Shown: piece by piece, positions 1-9,931 of the stretch
Layout of the letters: each line of letters opens with the position of its first letter
Position numbering within the stretch: position 1 is the first letter of the stretch
Source of the DNA: Candidatus Nomurabacteria bacterium
GTDB lineage: Bacteria; Patescibacteriota; Minisyncoccia; Phycocordibacterales; UBA9973
Length of the DNA: 64,000 nt
Direction: 5' to 3'
NCBI GenBank assembly: GCA_016699365.1
Contig: CP064973.1
Location: 365,684 to 429,683, forward strand
The notes under the pieces: model-generated
Database searches by the model: none
What the model was told of the DNA's origin: nothing
The model's input: the letters and a program-made list of their open reading frames with translations, nothing else
Program-made: the position numbers and the translations under genes

Positions 1-67
1 TGGTATTGCGTTTGTTGATAAAATTTCTGATAAGGCTGCTAATGCTGTAGAGAATAGTGCAGTAGGG

Positions 68-484
68 GTGAGTAACTGGATAAATGAAAAAGCGCAGGCA
101 ACAAAAAAATTCGCAGAGGAAAAAGCCGTACTAACCGCTTCTATCGTTGCTTACAAAGCAGAGCGTACCAAGGAAGGTCTCGCAAGGATTCAAGACAGTA
201 TATTTAACCAATTTAATAAACTTAATAACTTTATGACCGAGGCAGGCAATTTTGCTAGTGCGGAGGTTAGAAGAATAAAAATGAGACTAAAAGATGAAAT
301 TATAGCTTATAAAATGAGAGAGCTGGATAAAGAAATTGCGAGAGATGCTATGGTCGCAAATAATTTAGAAGATGCTAAGCAGGCTAGATTAAACGCAATA
401 AAAGATAAGGCCAACAAACTCATTTCTCTAAGAGACGGTCTAAACAAGGTTGCAATAACAAATAATTCACAAGTAGCTATATAA
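68..484 (+). CDS. hypothetical coiled-coil protein (K/E/A-rich, no recognisable domain)
   Basis: Intact 138-aa ORF from the six-frame track; the composition suggests coiled coil. No family recognised from sequence. Confidence 0.35.
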   Translation: MSNWINEKAQATKKFAEEKAVLTASIVAYKAERTKEGLARIQDSIFNQFNKLNNFMTEAGNFASAEVRRIKMRLKDEIIAYKMRELDKEIARDAMVANNLEDAKQARLNAIKDKANKLISLRDGLNKVAITNNSQVAI

Positions 485-486
485 TT

Positions 487-864
487 ATGACTTTAGACGA
501 TTATATAAATGAAATAAAAAATTCTGATGTACTTCCACCAGAACAGAAAGCAAAGGCTGTTGCACTTCTAACATCTCGAGCTATTACTCCAGCGGTACTT
601 GATGAGGTACAAGCTTTGATTGACAGTGAGTTGGACAAGTCTTTCTCTGAAGCTGGAATACAAGCTGATCTTAAAAATCCTGAAGTTGCAGAGATTATTG
701 CTAAAGCTGATGCGGATATATCTTCCGTGGAACAAGACTTAGATAATAGTGTTAAATTTTTTGAAGAAGAAATGAACGCTCTTGAGGCGCAGGTGAAAGA
801 AGTAGATGATGCTGTAACTCAAGGTAAAATTGAGGATTTGAAAAAAGATTTGGCTTCAGTATAA
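487..864 (+). CDS. hypothetical acidic protein
   Basis: 125-aa ORF that starts 3 bp after the previous stop, so translational coupling is likely. D/E-rich; no family recognised. Confidence 0.35.
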   Translation: MTLDDYINEIKNSDVLPPEQKAKAVALLTSRAITPAVLDEVQALIDSELDKSFSEAGIQADLKNPEVAEIIAKADADISSVEQDLDNSVKFFEEEMNALEAQVKEVDDAVTQGKIEDLKKDLASV

Positions 865-902
865 ACTTAGTGAATCAAAGCCCTAGATAATAGGGTTTTG
901 AT

Positions 903-931
903 TTGACATAAAAGCCCGATTTTGATAGTAT
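903..931 (+). promoter_or_regulatory. sigma70-like promoter (TTGACA-17 bp-TAGTAT) in front of the rpsN-led ribosomal gene string
   Basis: TTGACA at 903-908 and TAGTAT at 926-931 with a 17-bp spacer, read directly from the sequence. It follows a terminator-like hairpin (aagcccta..tagggttt) after the upstream gene. Confidence 0.4.
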
Positions 932-1047
932 AGGCGAAGCCAAATAGGTATCTGGCGAATCCGTGTTTCTCCTTTAGTTTGCTCGTTTTTGAGCTAATTT
1001 AAGAAAAGACACGAGATATTCCCAAATACTAAAAGGCTTTTATATAT

Positions 1048-1233
1048 ATGGCTAAAAAATCAACCGTTGCACGGTCAAAAAGAAAACCAAAATTTAGTAC
1101 TCGAAAAGTAAATCGATGTTTTCGTTGTGGTCGCACACGTGGTTTCATGGGAGATTTCGGAGTTTGTCGTATTTGCTTTAGAGAATTAGCAAACGAAGGT
1201 AAGATTCCAGGTATCCGTAAATCTAGTTGGTAA
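1048..1233 (+). CDS. rpsN: 30S ribosomal protein S14, zinc-binding type Z (61 aa)
   Basis: [46 protein letters not shown] shows the Cys4 zinc motif and the classic S14-Z sequence. Confidence 0.92.
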   Translation: MAKKSTVARSKRKPKFSTRKVNRCFRCGRTRGFMGDFGVCRICFRELANEGKIPGIRKSSW

Positions 1234-1258
1234 TCATAATTCAATAATAAAAATCACT

Positions 1259-1645
1259 ATGGATCCAATCGCAGACATGTTAATAAAGCTAAAGAACGCT
1301 AACCGTGCAGAGCACGAAACTGTTAGTGTTCCTTTTTCACAGATAAAACTCGCTATTTTAGAGTGTTTGGTTGGTGAAGGGTACATAAAATCAGTTACAA
1401 AGAAGACTGAAAAAACTCACCCAACTCTTGAAGCTGAATTGGCTTATAGAGATGGATCTCCTCGTATAAGTGATGTTTCTAGAATTTCAAAGCCTTCTCG
1501 CAGAATGTACATGGGTGCAAAAGATATCAGACCTATCAAAAATGGCTTTGGACTTATTGTCCTATCAACTCCAAAGGGTATTATGTCTGGAACAAAAGCA
1601 AAGAAAGAACTGGTCGGTGGAGAGGTGCTATTTAAAATGTGGTAA
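1259..1645 (+). CDS. rpsH: 30S ribosomal protein S8
   Basis: N-terminus MDPIADMLIKLKNANRAEHETVSVPFSQIK and C-terminal GGEVL...W are typical S8. Its position after S14 matches spc operon order. Confidence 0.92.
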   Translation: MDPIADMLIKLKNANRAEHETVSVPFSQIKLAILECLVGEGYIKSVTKKTEKTHPTLEAELAYRDGSPRISDVSRISKPSRRMYMGAKDIRPIKNGFGLIVLSTPKGIMSGTKAKKELVGGEVLFKMW

Positions 1646-1658
1646 TAACAAAAGATTT

Positions 1659-2192
1659 ATGTCACGCGTAGGAAAAAAACAACTTAAAATCGAATCTGGA
1701 GTAACAATTACTTACGTTGATGGTCTTTGTACTGTTACAGGTCCAAAGGGTACTATTACAAAAAACTTCCGAGATGATATTGAAATAAAAATCGAGGATG
1801 GATTGGTAACTTTCTCACCAAGAAAAGACACAGTGTTCAGTAGAGCTCTATGGGGAACATATGCTTCTCATGTTGAAAACATGATTAACGGTGTTACAAA
1901 TATGTTCTCAAAGAAATTGATTCTTGAGGGAGTTGGATTCAAGTCAGAGGTTTCTGGTCAAAATCTAAACCTAGCATTAGGCTTCTCTCACCCTGTGGTT
2001 GTTCCAATCCCAGCAGGTCTTACAGTAACTGCTGAAAAGAACGTAATCACTGTTTCTGGAATAGACAAAGAACTTGTAGGACAATTTACAGCAAAAGTTC
2101 GTGCGATGAAAAAGCCTGAGCCTTATAAAGGTAAAGGATTCCGTTACGACACAGAGACTATTCGCCGAAAACAAGGTAAGAAATCTGCATAA
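1659..2192 (+). CDS. rplF: 50S ribosomal protein L6
   Basis: [22 protein letters not shown]... is an L6 N-terminus. The track ORF 1470-2192 is an in-frame upstream extension that overlaps rpsH. The true start is ATG 1659. Confidence 0.9.
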   Translation: MSRVGKKQLKIESGVTITYVDGLCTVTGPKGTITKNFRDDIEIKIEDGLVTFSPRKDTVFSRALWGTYASHVENMINGVTNMFSKKLILEGVGFKSEVSGQNLNLALGFSHPVVVPIPAGLTVTAEKNVITVSGIDKELVGQFTAKVRAMKKPEPYKGKGFRYDTETIRRKQGKKSA

Positions 2193-2197
2193 AAAAT

Positions 2198-2548
2198 ATG
2201 AAAACAGTAAACAAAAAAACAGAAAAGAGAAACCGCATAAAACGAAAGATCAAGATCAAGATCAGTGGTACTTCAGAGCGTCCACGCTTGTCAGTTTTTC
2301 GCTCAAATAAGTTTATATACGCACAGCTTATTGATGACACAAAAGGCACAACTCTGGCTTCATATTCAGATGTAAAAATAGACAAAGGAACAAAAAATGA
2401 AAGAGCAATAAGTGTTGGAAAAGAAATTGCTAAGATTGCTATTGAGAAGGGAATAAAAACTGTTGTTTTTGATAGAAATGGATTTAAATATACTGGACGT
2501 GTAAAACTTCTTGCAGATAAAGCTCGAGAAGGAGGATTAATTTTTTAA
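2198..2548 (+). CDS. rplR: 50S ribosomal protein L18
   Basis: [35 protein letters not shown] is an L18 signature. Confidence 0.9.
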   Translation: MKTVNKKTEKRNRIKRKIKIKISGTSERPRLSVFRSNKFIYAQLIDDTKGTTLASYSDVKIDKGTKNERAISVGKEIAKIAIEKGIKTVVFDRNGFKYTGRVKLLADKAREGGLIF

Positions 2549-2557
2549 ACTAATTAT

Positions 2558-3199
2558 ATGGATACAGAAGAGAACAAAAACATAACACCTGAAGTTGTAG
2601 CAGCAGAACCTAAGAAGGAGGCTGTTGTTCCACAGAAGAGAGAAGGTGGATCTCGTGGAGCACCAAAAGGTCATGGAGGAAATCGCTCTGGAGGCAGAAG
2701 TGGAGGTTTTTCTAGACCAAAACCAGAATTTGACCAAAAGATTATTGATATCCGTCGCGTTACTCGTGTTGTAGCAGGAGGACGTCGCATGAGTTTCTCT
2801 GTAGCTATGGTTATAGGAGACAAGAAAGGTTCAGTAGGATTTGGAACAGGAAAGGCTACAGATACAGCGCTCGCTATATCTAAAGCACTAAAGAATGCTA
2901 GAAAGAACATGATAACAATCAAGACTACAAAAGGAATGTCTATTCCTCATGAAGTAGAAGCAAAATTCGCAAGTTCACGAATCAAAATATCTCCAAACAA
3001 GAGACACGGAATAGTTGCAGGTAGTACTGTTCGTGATATCGTAATACTAGCAGGATTGAAAAACATTACAGGAAAGATTCATTCAGGAAGTAAAAACAAA
3101 TTGAATAACGCACAAGCTACTCTTAAGGCATTGTCACTTATAGCAACAAAGAAGCGAGTTGCTCCTGTAGAAGAAGTACAATCATACGTACAGCAATAA
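2558..3199 (+). CDS. rpsE: 30S ribosomal protein S5 (with Gly/Arg-rich N-terminal extension)
   Basis: IIDIRRVTRVVAGGRRMSFSVAMVIGDKKGSVGFGTGKATDTALAISKA is an S5 core. It is followed directly by L15 with no L30 gene in between. Confidence 0.9.
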   Translation: MDTEENKNITPEVVAAEPKKEAVVPQKREGGSRGAPKGHGGNRSGGRSGGFSRPKPEFDQKIIDIRRVTRVVAGGRRMSFSVAMVIGDKKGSVGFGTGKATDTALAISKALKNARKNMITIKTTKGMSIPHEVEAKFASSRIKISPNKRHGIVAGSTVRDIVILAGLKNITGKIHSGSKNKLNNAQATLKALSLIATKKRVAPVEEVQSYVQQ

Positions 3200-3210
3200 T
3201 TTGAAATTTT

Positions 3211-3654
3211 ATGCAAATACACAAACTAAAAAGAAATACTCCAAATAAAAAGAGCGCTCAAGTAGGACGTGGTGGTACTCGTGGAAAAACTTCTGGACGT
3301 GGAACAAAAGGACAGAAGTCACGCGCAGGTAACAAGAGACGCCCTCATATTCGAGATATCATAAAAAAGCTACCTAAACTTCGTGGTAGAGGTAAAAACA
3401 GTTTCGTTAGTTTTGAAATTAAACCAGCAGTTGTGAACCTATCTGCAATCGAATCTAATTTCAAAGCAGGGGATATTGTTACACCAACTATATTACTTGA
3501 AAAAAAGCTCGTAAAACGCATCCGTGGTATTACACCAAAAGTTAAACTATTAGGTACTGGTGAATTAACTAAGAAAATAATCTTCTCAAGAATACTAGTT
3601 TCAGAATCAGCAAAAGCTAAGATAGCTGCAACTGGAGGAGAAATACGCAAATAA
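3211..3654 (+). CDS. rplO: 50S ribosomal protein L15
   Basis: MQIHKLKRNTPNKKSAQVGRGGTRGKTSGRGTKGQKSRAG is a glycine/lysine-rich L15 N-terminus. Confidence 0.9.
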   Translation: MQIHKLKRNTPNKKSAQVGRGGTRGKTSGRGTKGQKSRAGNKRRPHIRDIIKKLPKLRGRGKNSFVSFEIKPAVVNLSAIESNFKAGDIVTPTILLEKKLVKRIRGITPKVKLLGTGELTKKIIFSRILVSESAKAKIAATGGEIRK

Positions 3655-3659
3655 AAATT

Positions 3660-4931
3660 ATGACAAAGTTCTGGCAAAAAATACATAAAATATTTACTGA
3701 TAAACAACTAAGAAAGCGAATATTGTTCACTGTGTTAATGCTGGCGGCTTTTAGAATTTTGGCTGCTATTCCAGTTCCGGGGATAGATACATCTCGACTA
3801 GCTTCTCTGCTCGCAAACAACCAATTCTTGGGAATAATAAATATATTTTCTGGAGGAGGACTATCAAACCTATCAATTATAATGTTGGGTGTAGGTCCAT
3901 ATATCACAGCTTCTATCATAATGCAGCTTCTTACTCTTATGATCCCTCGTTTGAAGGAGATGTATCAAGAAGAAGGTGAGATCGGAAGAAAGCGTTTTAC
4001 TCAATACTCAAGACTTCTTACAGTCCCTCTAGCTGCTATTCAAGGTTTTAGTTTGCTTGTAATACTTGCAAGACAAGGAGTTTTGCCTGCACTAGGATTA
4101 TTTGATCTTATAACTAGCATAGTAGTTATAATTGCTGGTTCTATGCTTTTGATGTGGATTGGTGAACTTATCACAGAATTCGGTATAGGTAACGGTGTCT
4201 CAGTTATAATTTTTGCAGGTATCGTAGCGACAGTTCCAACTCAAATGAGTCAAATCTTGTTCTCTTTTGATCCATCTCAGGTGCCATTTTATATACTCTT
4301 TATATTGGCTGGTATATTGATGATTATTGGAGTTATATATGTTACTGAGGCTGAAAGACCTATCCCTGTTACATATGCAAAACAATCAAGAGGTAACGCA
4401 ACAACACAAGGAGCTTCTACATATATCCCACTGCGCGTTAACCAAGCTGGAGTTATTCCTATAATTTTCGCACTATCAATACTTCTATTTCCACAACTTA
4501 TAGGTAACTACCTAGCAACTTCAACATCACTGTTTCTTTTGAAAGTTTCTGACTTCATGCTCTTGTTTGCTCAAGGAACACTTTGGTATGGAATTGCATA
4601 CTTTGTATTGGTATTCTTGTTCACTTACTTCTACACTGCTGTTACTTTTGATCCGCACGCTATGGCTACAAACTTACAAAAAGGCGGTGCTTTTGTTCCA
4701 GGTATTAGACCAGGAACTGCAACAGAAGAATATGTAGGTAACATAGTTACTCGCATAACATTCCTAGGCGCTCTATTCTTGGGATTGGTAGCAGTATTTC
4801 CATTCATCATTCAGAAAGTTACAGGTATCACACAACTTGCTATCGGCGGAACAGCACTCTTGATCGTAGTTTCTGTAGTGCTTGATATAATCAAAAAAAT
4901 CGACGCTCAGCTATCAATGCGAGAATACTAA
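3660..4931 (+). CDS. secY: preprotein translocase subunit SecY
   Basis: 423-aa polytopic membrane protein with SecY motifs (LFTVLMLAAFRI..., GGTALLIVVSV). Canonical position after rplO. Confidence 0.95.
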   Translation: MTKFWQKIHKIFTDKQLRKRILFTVLMLAAFRILAAIPVPGIDTSRLASLLANNQFLGIINIFSGGGLSNLSIIMLGVGPYITASIIMQLLTLMIPRLKEMYQEEGEIGRKRFTQYSRLLTVPLAAIQGFSLLVILARQGVLPALGLFDLITSIVVIIAGSMLLMWIGELITEFGIGNGVSVIIFAGIVATVPTQMSQILFSFDPSQVPFYILFILAGILMIIGVIYVTEAERPIPVTYAKQSRGNATTQGASTYIPLRVNQAGVIPIIFALSILLFPQLIGNYLATSTSLFLLKVSDFMLLFAQGTLWYGIAYFVLVFLFTYFYTAVTFDPHAMATNLQKGGAFVPGIRPGTATEEYVGNIVTRITFLGALFLGLVAVFPFIIQKVTGITQLAIGGTALLIVVSVVLDIIKKIDAQLSMREY

Positions 4932-5027
4932 AATATAAAGTAGCAAAAAACATACTGTCCAAAAATAATTCATAAATAAATTTATGAATTATTTTTCTAA
5001 AAGGACATTTTATGTTAGGATGCGAGT

Positions 5028-5636
5028 ATGGAAAACAAACCTCAAACATTTATATTCTTTGGCAGATCTGGATCTGGCAAGGGAACACAAGCTAAATTAC
5101 TCAAAGAACTTCTAGAAGGTAAAAACCGCAAGGTTATTTACCTTGAAACGGGTGAAAAGTTTAGAGACTTTATTCAGAAAGATAACTATACAGCTAATTT
5201 AACGAAGGGTGTTATGAAAGACGGAGGGCTACTGCCACCTTTTTTACCTGTATGGATTTGGGCAGATTCACTAATTGAGCAGTTTACTGGAGTAGAAGAT
5301 TTGATACTAGACGGACTTGCTCGTAGAGCATCAGAGGCTCCGGTGCTTGATTCTGCAATTTCTTTTTACAAAAGAGAAAGACCTTATGTTGTATCTATAA
5401 ATGTATCTAGGAATTGGTCAAAAGAACGCATGATGAGTCGAGGTAGGAGTGATGATACAGAAGAGTATATAGAGTCACGACTTGATTGGTATGATAGGGA
5501 TGTGGTGCCTGCTATAGAGTATTTTAGAAATCACTCAGGTTATCATTTTATTGATGTGCACGGTGAGCAGTCTATTGAAAAAGTTCACGAAGAATTGATT
5601 AAAAAGATTTCAATTTTAAAAGGTGATAATAATTAA
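5028..5636 (+). CDS. adk: adenylate kinase-like (P-loop GRSGSGKGTQA)
   Basis: FIFFGRSGSGKGTQAKLL P-loop. Canonical spc-operon position between secY and map. Divergent, without a LID zinc motif. Confidence 0.75.
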   Translation: MENKPQTFIFFGRSGSGKGTQAKLLKELLEGKNRKVIYLETGEKFRDFIQKDNYTANLTKGVMKDGGLLPPFLPVWIWADSLIEQFTGVEDLILDGLARRASEAPVLDSAISFYKRERPYVVSINVSRNWSKERMMSRGRSDDTEEYIESRLDWYDRDVVPAIEYFRNHSGYHFIDVHGEQSIEKVHEELIKKISILKGDNN

Positions 5637-6387
5637 AACAAAAAAAGAAATAGAAATTTTGCGTGAGGGCGGGAAGATCTTGGGTAAGGTGTTGGATTCC
5701 GTGGTCAAAAAAGTAAAACCAGGAATCACTACAGACGAGTTAGATAGATATGCGTATGAATTGATAAAAAAGGCTGGTGGTAAGCCTGCTTTTTTAGACT
5801 ACCAGCCTGATGGAGCTTCTTACCCATATCCAGCAACAATATGTATTTCAGTAAATGACGAAATAGTGCACGGTATTCCAAGTCCTAGAATTTTAAAAGA
5901 AGGCGATGTCGTTTCTCTTGATTTAGGACTTAATTACAAAGGTATGTTTACTGACCATGCTCGAACCGTGGGTGTGGGTAAAACAAATCTTAAATCTAGA
6001 AAATTACTTTCTGTCGCAGAAGAAGCATTGCATATAGGTATTGACCAGGCTCGTGCTGGAAATACTACAGGAGATATAGGGCATGCTATAGAAAGTTTTA
6101 TAAAACCATATAAATATGGAATCGTAAGAGAGCTTGCAGGACACGGAGTAGGACGTGCAATTCACGAAGATCCTTATATACCTAACTTTGGTAAGGCAGG
6201 GCATGGAGAAAAGCTTGTGGCGGGTATGGTGATTGCGATAGAGCCTATGGTAAACGAAGGCACAGCTTCTGTTGTATTTGAAGATGATGGATATACTGTT
6301 TCTACAAAAGACGGTAAAAAGAGTGCCCATTTTGAGCATACGGTTCTTATAACCGATGGAGATCCAGAAGTTTTAACAGAAGTATAA
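5623..6387 (+). CDS. map: methionine aminopeptidase type I
   Basis: 254 aa with metal-ligand regions (DVVSLDLG, HGVGRAIHE, IEPM). It overlaps adk by 14 bp. Confidence 0.9.
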   Translation: MIIIKTKKEIEILREGGKILGKVLDSVVKKVKPGITTDELDRYAYELIKKAGGKPAFLDYQPDGASYPYPATICISVNDEIVHGIPSPRILKEGDVVSLDLGLNYKGMFTDHARTVGVGKTNLKSRKLLSVAEEALHIGIDQARAGNTTGDIGHAIESFIKPYKYGIVRELAGHGVGRAIHEDPYIPNFGKAGHGEKLVAGMVIAIEPMVNEGTASVVFEDDGYTVSTKDGKKSAHFEHTVLITDGDPEVLTEV

Positions 6388-6414
6388 AATACCCCGTGAA
6401 TACGGGGTATTTTA
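6387..6414. terminator. bidirectional intrinsic terminator hairpin (ataccccgt gaat acggggtat)
   Basis: Perfect 9-bp GC-rich stem flanked by A and T runs, lying between convergent map(+) and 6412-7122(-). Confidence 0.6.
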
Positions 6415-7122
6415 TACTAATTCTTCTTCAAATACTTCTTCAGGTTTCAATGTTTTATTTTTTAAATTTTCTTGTGCCTGTAAATTTGTATATTCGATAT
6501 GAGTCTCCTTGTCTTTTTCGCTGACTTCTTGGTACCCATTTTCGATTTTACCGGATGATTCTTTAAAGAATTTTTTAGTTGCATCTACATTGTTCGGATG
6601 CATATATTCATATAAAAATTCCTCTGCCTCTTCTTTGTTTTTTATATCACTAGGTTCATATACCTTGTTGTATAATCTTTCATATCTTTTGATCTCACTT
6701 TTGTAATCCTCATATAATTTTGTAAAGTCTCGCAGGCTTTCTGCCGAAGAATCACGATATTTCATTGTAATTAGTATTAATGCTTCTAGAGCTTTCAGTC
6801 GATCCAGCATGTTTATTTGTGTCATGGAACTCATTTTTTCAAAATTAGCATCTTCTCTTAAGTCCAGACCATATTTACTGAACACTGATTTTTCAAAAGT
6901 ATTCATTTTATTGAAATCTTCTTCTGACATACTCGCAATATTTACATGAGTCCCTCTTTGGTAATATTCAGGTTTTGGGTGAGTAATTTCTTCTGCCTTT
7001 TGCTGAGTTACACCTCCAGTGTTTGATATATCCCTCTCTCCTGGGTCCATATCCTCAAGTGGCTTGGCTTGATCAAAGTTATTCATTTTATCCATATGGC
7101 TACTATACCATCTATTTTTCAT
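6412..7122 (-). CDS. hypothetical acidic protein
   Basis: 236-aa ORF, E/K/D-rich, with no recognisable family. It is divergent from the 7141-9867 ATPase with only an 18-bp spacer. Confidence 0.4.
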   Translation of the reverse strand: MKNRWYSSHMDKMNNFDQAKPLEDMDPGERDISNTGGVTQQKAEEITHPKPEYYQRGTHVNIASMSEEDFNKMNTFEKSVFSKYGLDLREDANFEKMSSMTQINMLDRLKALEALILITMKYRDSSAESLRDFTKLYEDYKSEIKRYERLYNKVYEPSDIKNKEEAEEFLYEYMHPNNVDATKKFFKESSGKIENGYQEVSEKDKETHIEYTNLQAQENLKNKTLKPEEVFEEELV

Positions 7123-7140
7123 ACTGTATAATAGAAAGTA

Positions 7141-9867
7141 ATGGAACCCAATTTTTTCAAAGAATTACCCAAATTTCAATCTCCTGAAGAGGAGTTGAAA
7201 TTTTTGCGAGAACACATAGCAAAAAGAGAGCAACAGTTAACTGAAGCAGGTTCTACTCCTGAGAAAAAAAATATAGCAGATGAGACCTTGCAGGCTTACA
7301 AGAATATTCCTCAAGAACAAGTTTTGTTGGAAAAAAATAAAGTCTCTGAAGCAGAAGCAGGACAATTTGTATTAAGACTAAAGCCAGAAGCCCACGATGC
7401 AAAGATGGAAGAGCTTTTGGGTGTTTTGATCTCTAGAGGCATAAAGGCTGCTATGGAGATGGCGTCTGGATTTAAGAATCCACATATAGATGATGACTTT
7501 CATAGATTCTTGGTTCAGTACTTAACTTCAACTCAAAACATTCCTGGATTAAAAGAAGGAACTCCGATGTTTAAGGGTCTTAACATGTCTCTTTTTGAAG
7601 TTACACTACCTCCTTCTGCGACAGGTAACGAAAAGAATTTCAAAGAACTTTTAGGTGCTATGGAGCAGTTTTATGCAGGTATGCAATCTGTTGCAGGGGA
7701 TATGAGCAATAAAACAAAAGAATATTACACACTCGAAATTGCTCTATCTAGTTCAAGCAACGAAGTTGTTGTGTACGCTGCTGTTCCAAAAAACAAAGGT
7801 CAACTATTTGAAAAACAAGTTTTATCTTTTTATACAGACGCAAAAGTTCGAGAAGTTAGTGATGACTACAATATATTTTCTGTAGGAGGGGCTTCTTCTG
7901 GTGCGTACGCTAGTTTGTCTGAGAATCCAATTATGCCAATCAAGACTCACGATATGCTTGATCATGATCCTATGCAAGCAGTTTTGAATGTTTTTTCAAA
8001 GATGAAACGTGAAGGTGAAGGAGCAGCTATACAATTTACCATCATCCCAGCTGGGGATACTTTTATAAAACGATTCACAAGTATCTTAAAGGATGTAAAA
8101 GATGGCTTATCTATAAAAGAGGCCAATGAAAAATATAAAGTCGGTTCTGCTATCCTAAGTGCTTCAAAAAATCTATTATTTGGATCTGGAAAAGAAAAAG
8201 ATAAAGACAAAAAAATTGATGATAATGCTGTAAATCATATAAGTGAAAAGATCAAAAGTTCCATTTTAGAAGTCGGCATACGGGTAATTGCTTCTGCAGA
8301 GACAAAAGAGAGAGCAGATGATATCTTGGTTGAGCTAGAAAGTGCGTTCAATCAATTTAATGATCCTGGAAGTAATAGATTTGCTTTCAATAAAATTTCA
8401 GACAAGAATTTACCAGGATTATTTCATGAGTATTCATATAGACTGATAAATGAATCCGAGAACCTTCCTCTAAATCTAAAAGAAATTTCAACAGTTTTTC
8501 ATTTTCCAGTTGGAGTAGGTAATCCACAGCTCAAAGAAGCAAAAGCTGGTATTGCTCCAGCACCACTCGATATGTCTAGTGATGGAATATTGCTCGGTAT
8601 AAATAAATACAGAGGTATGGAAACTCCTGTGCATATGAAGCGCGAAGATCGTATGCGTCACTTTTATGTTATTGGTCAGACCGGTACTGGTAAAACTGTG
8701 ATTTTGAAGAATATGATTGCTCAGGATATTGCAAATGGTGATGGATGTTGTTTTATAGATCCACACGGCACCGATATTCAAGATATATTGTCATATGTTC
8801 CGCCAGAGAGAATCGATGATGTTATCTATTTTGATCCTGCTTATATTCCTCGACCAATGGCGCTAAACATGCTTGAATTTGATCCACGATACCCAGAGCA
8901 GAAGACTATGGTTATAGACACACTCATGATGATCTTCAACCAGCTCTTTTCAAAAGAATCTATGGGGCCGATGTTTGAGCAGTATTTTAAAAATGGTGCA
9001 TATTTGGTTATGGATCATCCAGAGAGTGGCTCTACCTTGCTTGAAATCACCCGTGTTCTAGCAGATAAAGCTTTCCGAGATATGAAGCTACAACACTGTA
9101 AAAACCCTATTGTGAAGCAATTTTGGGCTTCTGCTGAAGCAACTACAGGTGATCAAGGTCTTTCAAACTTCGTACCCTACATCACTTCAAAATTTGATGT
9201 GTTTATCTCAAACGAGTTTACTCGTCCTGTTGTACTCCAAGAAACTTCTGCACTTAATTTTAGAGATATCATGGATAACAAGAAAATTCTTCTTGTGAAT
9301 CTGTCCAAGGGAAGACTAGGGGAACTGAATGCAAACTTGATAGGTATGCTTATTGTTATGAAGTTTCAGATGGCAGCACTTTCACGCGTTGATTCTTATG
9401 GAAAGCAGATGTCAGATTTTTATTTATACATAGATGAATTCCAGAACGTAACAACTCCTGCAATAGCATCTATTCTATCTGAGGCTCGTAAATATAGACT
9501 GTCGCTCAACGTTGCTCACCAATATATTTCACAGCTTCCAGATGATATTAAAAATGCAGTTTTTGGTAACGTGGGTTCAATGGCAGTATTTCGCATAAGT
9601 CCAGAAGATGCTTCGTTCTTGGAACCAAAATTTACTCCAACATTTACTGCACAAGATATTTCAAGACTCGATAACTACAACGCATATATGAGTATGATTA
9701 TAAATGGTGCACCGGCGTTGAAACCCTTCAATATAGAAACATTGGCGCCACGAAAAGGAAACGTAGAAATAGTAGAAAAATTGAAACAAATCTCATATCT
9801 AAAATACGGGCGTGATCGCGCAGAAGTAGAGGAAGAAGTTTTTGCAAAATTCAAGAAGTCTCAATAG
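7141..9867 (+). CDS. large P-loop ATPase, type IV secretion coupling-protein-like (VirD4/TraD/TrwB-type AAA domain) with ~500-aa N-terminal domain of unknown function
   Basis: Walker A HFYVIGQTGTGKTVILKNMI followed by IDPHGTDIQDIL. Walker B DFYLYIDEFQNV and an RKYRLSLNVAHQYISQL region resemble TrwB/TraD-type coupling ATPases. No other T4SS genes nearby. Confidence 0.55.
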   Translation: MEPNFFKELPKFQSPEEELKFLREHIAKREQQLTEAGSTPEKKNIADETLQAYKNIPQEQVLLEKNKVSEAEAGQFVLRLKPEAHDAKMEELLGVLISRGIKAAMEMASGFKNPHIDDDFHRFLVQYLTSTQNIPGLKEGTPMFKGLNMSLFEVTLPPSATGNEKNFKELLGAMEQFYAGMQSVAGDMSNKTKEYYTLEIALSSSSNEVVVYAAVPKNKGQLFEKQVLSFYTDAKVREVSDDYNIFSVGGASSGAYASLSENPIMPIKTHDMLDHDPMQAVLNVFSKMKREGEGAAIQFTIIPAGDTFIKRFTSILKDVKDGLSIKEANEKYKVGSAILSASKNLLFGSGKEKDKDKKIDDNAVNHISEKIKSSILEVGIRVIASAETKERADDILVELESAFNQFNDPGSNRFAFNKISDKNLPGLFHEYSYRLINESENLPLNLKEISTVFHFPVGVGNPQLKEAKAGIAPAPLDMSSDGILLGINKYRGMETPVHMKREDRMRHFYVIGQTGTGKTVILKNMIAQDIANGDGCCFIDPHGTDIQDILSYVPPERIDDVIYFDPAYIPRPMALNMLEFDPRYPEQKTMVIDTLMMIFNQLFSKESMGPMFEQYFKNGAYLVMDHPESGSTLLEITRVLADKAFRDMKLQHCKNPIVKQFWASAEATTGDQGLSNFVPYITSKFDVFISNEFTRPVVLQETSALNFRDIMDNKKILLVNLSKGRLGELNANLIGMLIVMKFQMAALSRVDSYGKQMSDFYLYIDEFQNVTTPAIASILSEARKYRLSLNVAHQYISQLPDDIKNAVFGNVGSMAVFRISPEDASFLEPKFTPTFTAQDISRLDNYNAYMSMIINGAPALKPFNIETLAPRKGNVEIVEKLKQISYLKYGRDRAEVEEEVFAKFKKSQ

Positions 9868-9931
9868 AATCTTGCTTAAAGACCTACTCTCAGGTATTAT
9901 GAGGGCACTTTAGTATTAATATAAAGAATAT

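Noticed and set aside
1470-1658. Long N-terminal extension of the L6 ORF (1470-2192)
   Set aside because: The extension overlaps rpsH in another frame and is not L6-like. The L6 N-terminus MSRVGKKQ at 1659 is canonical.
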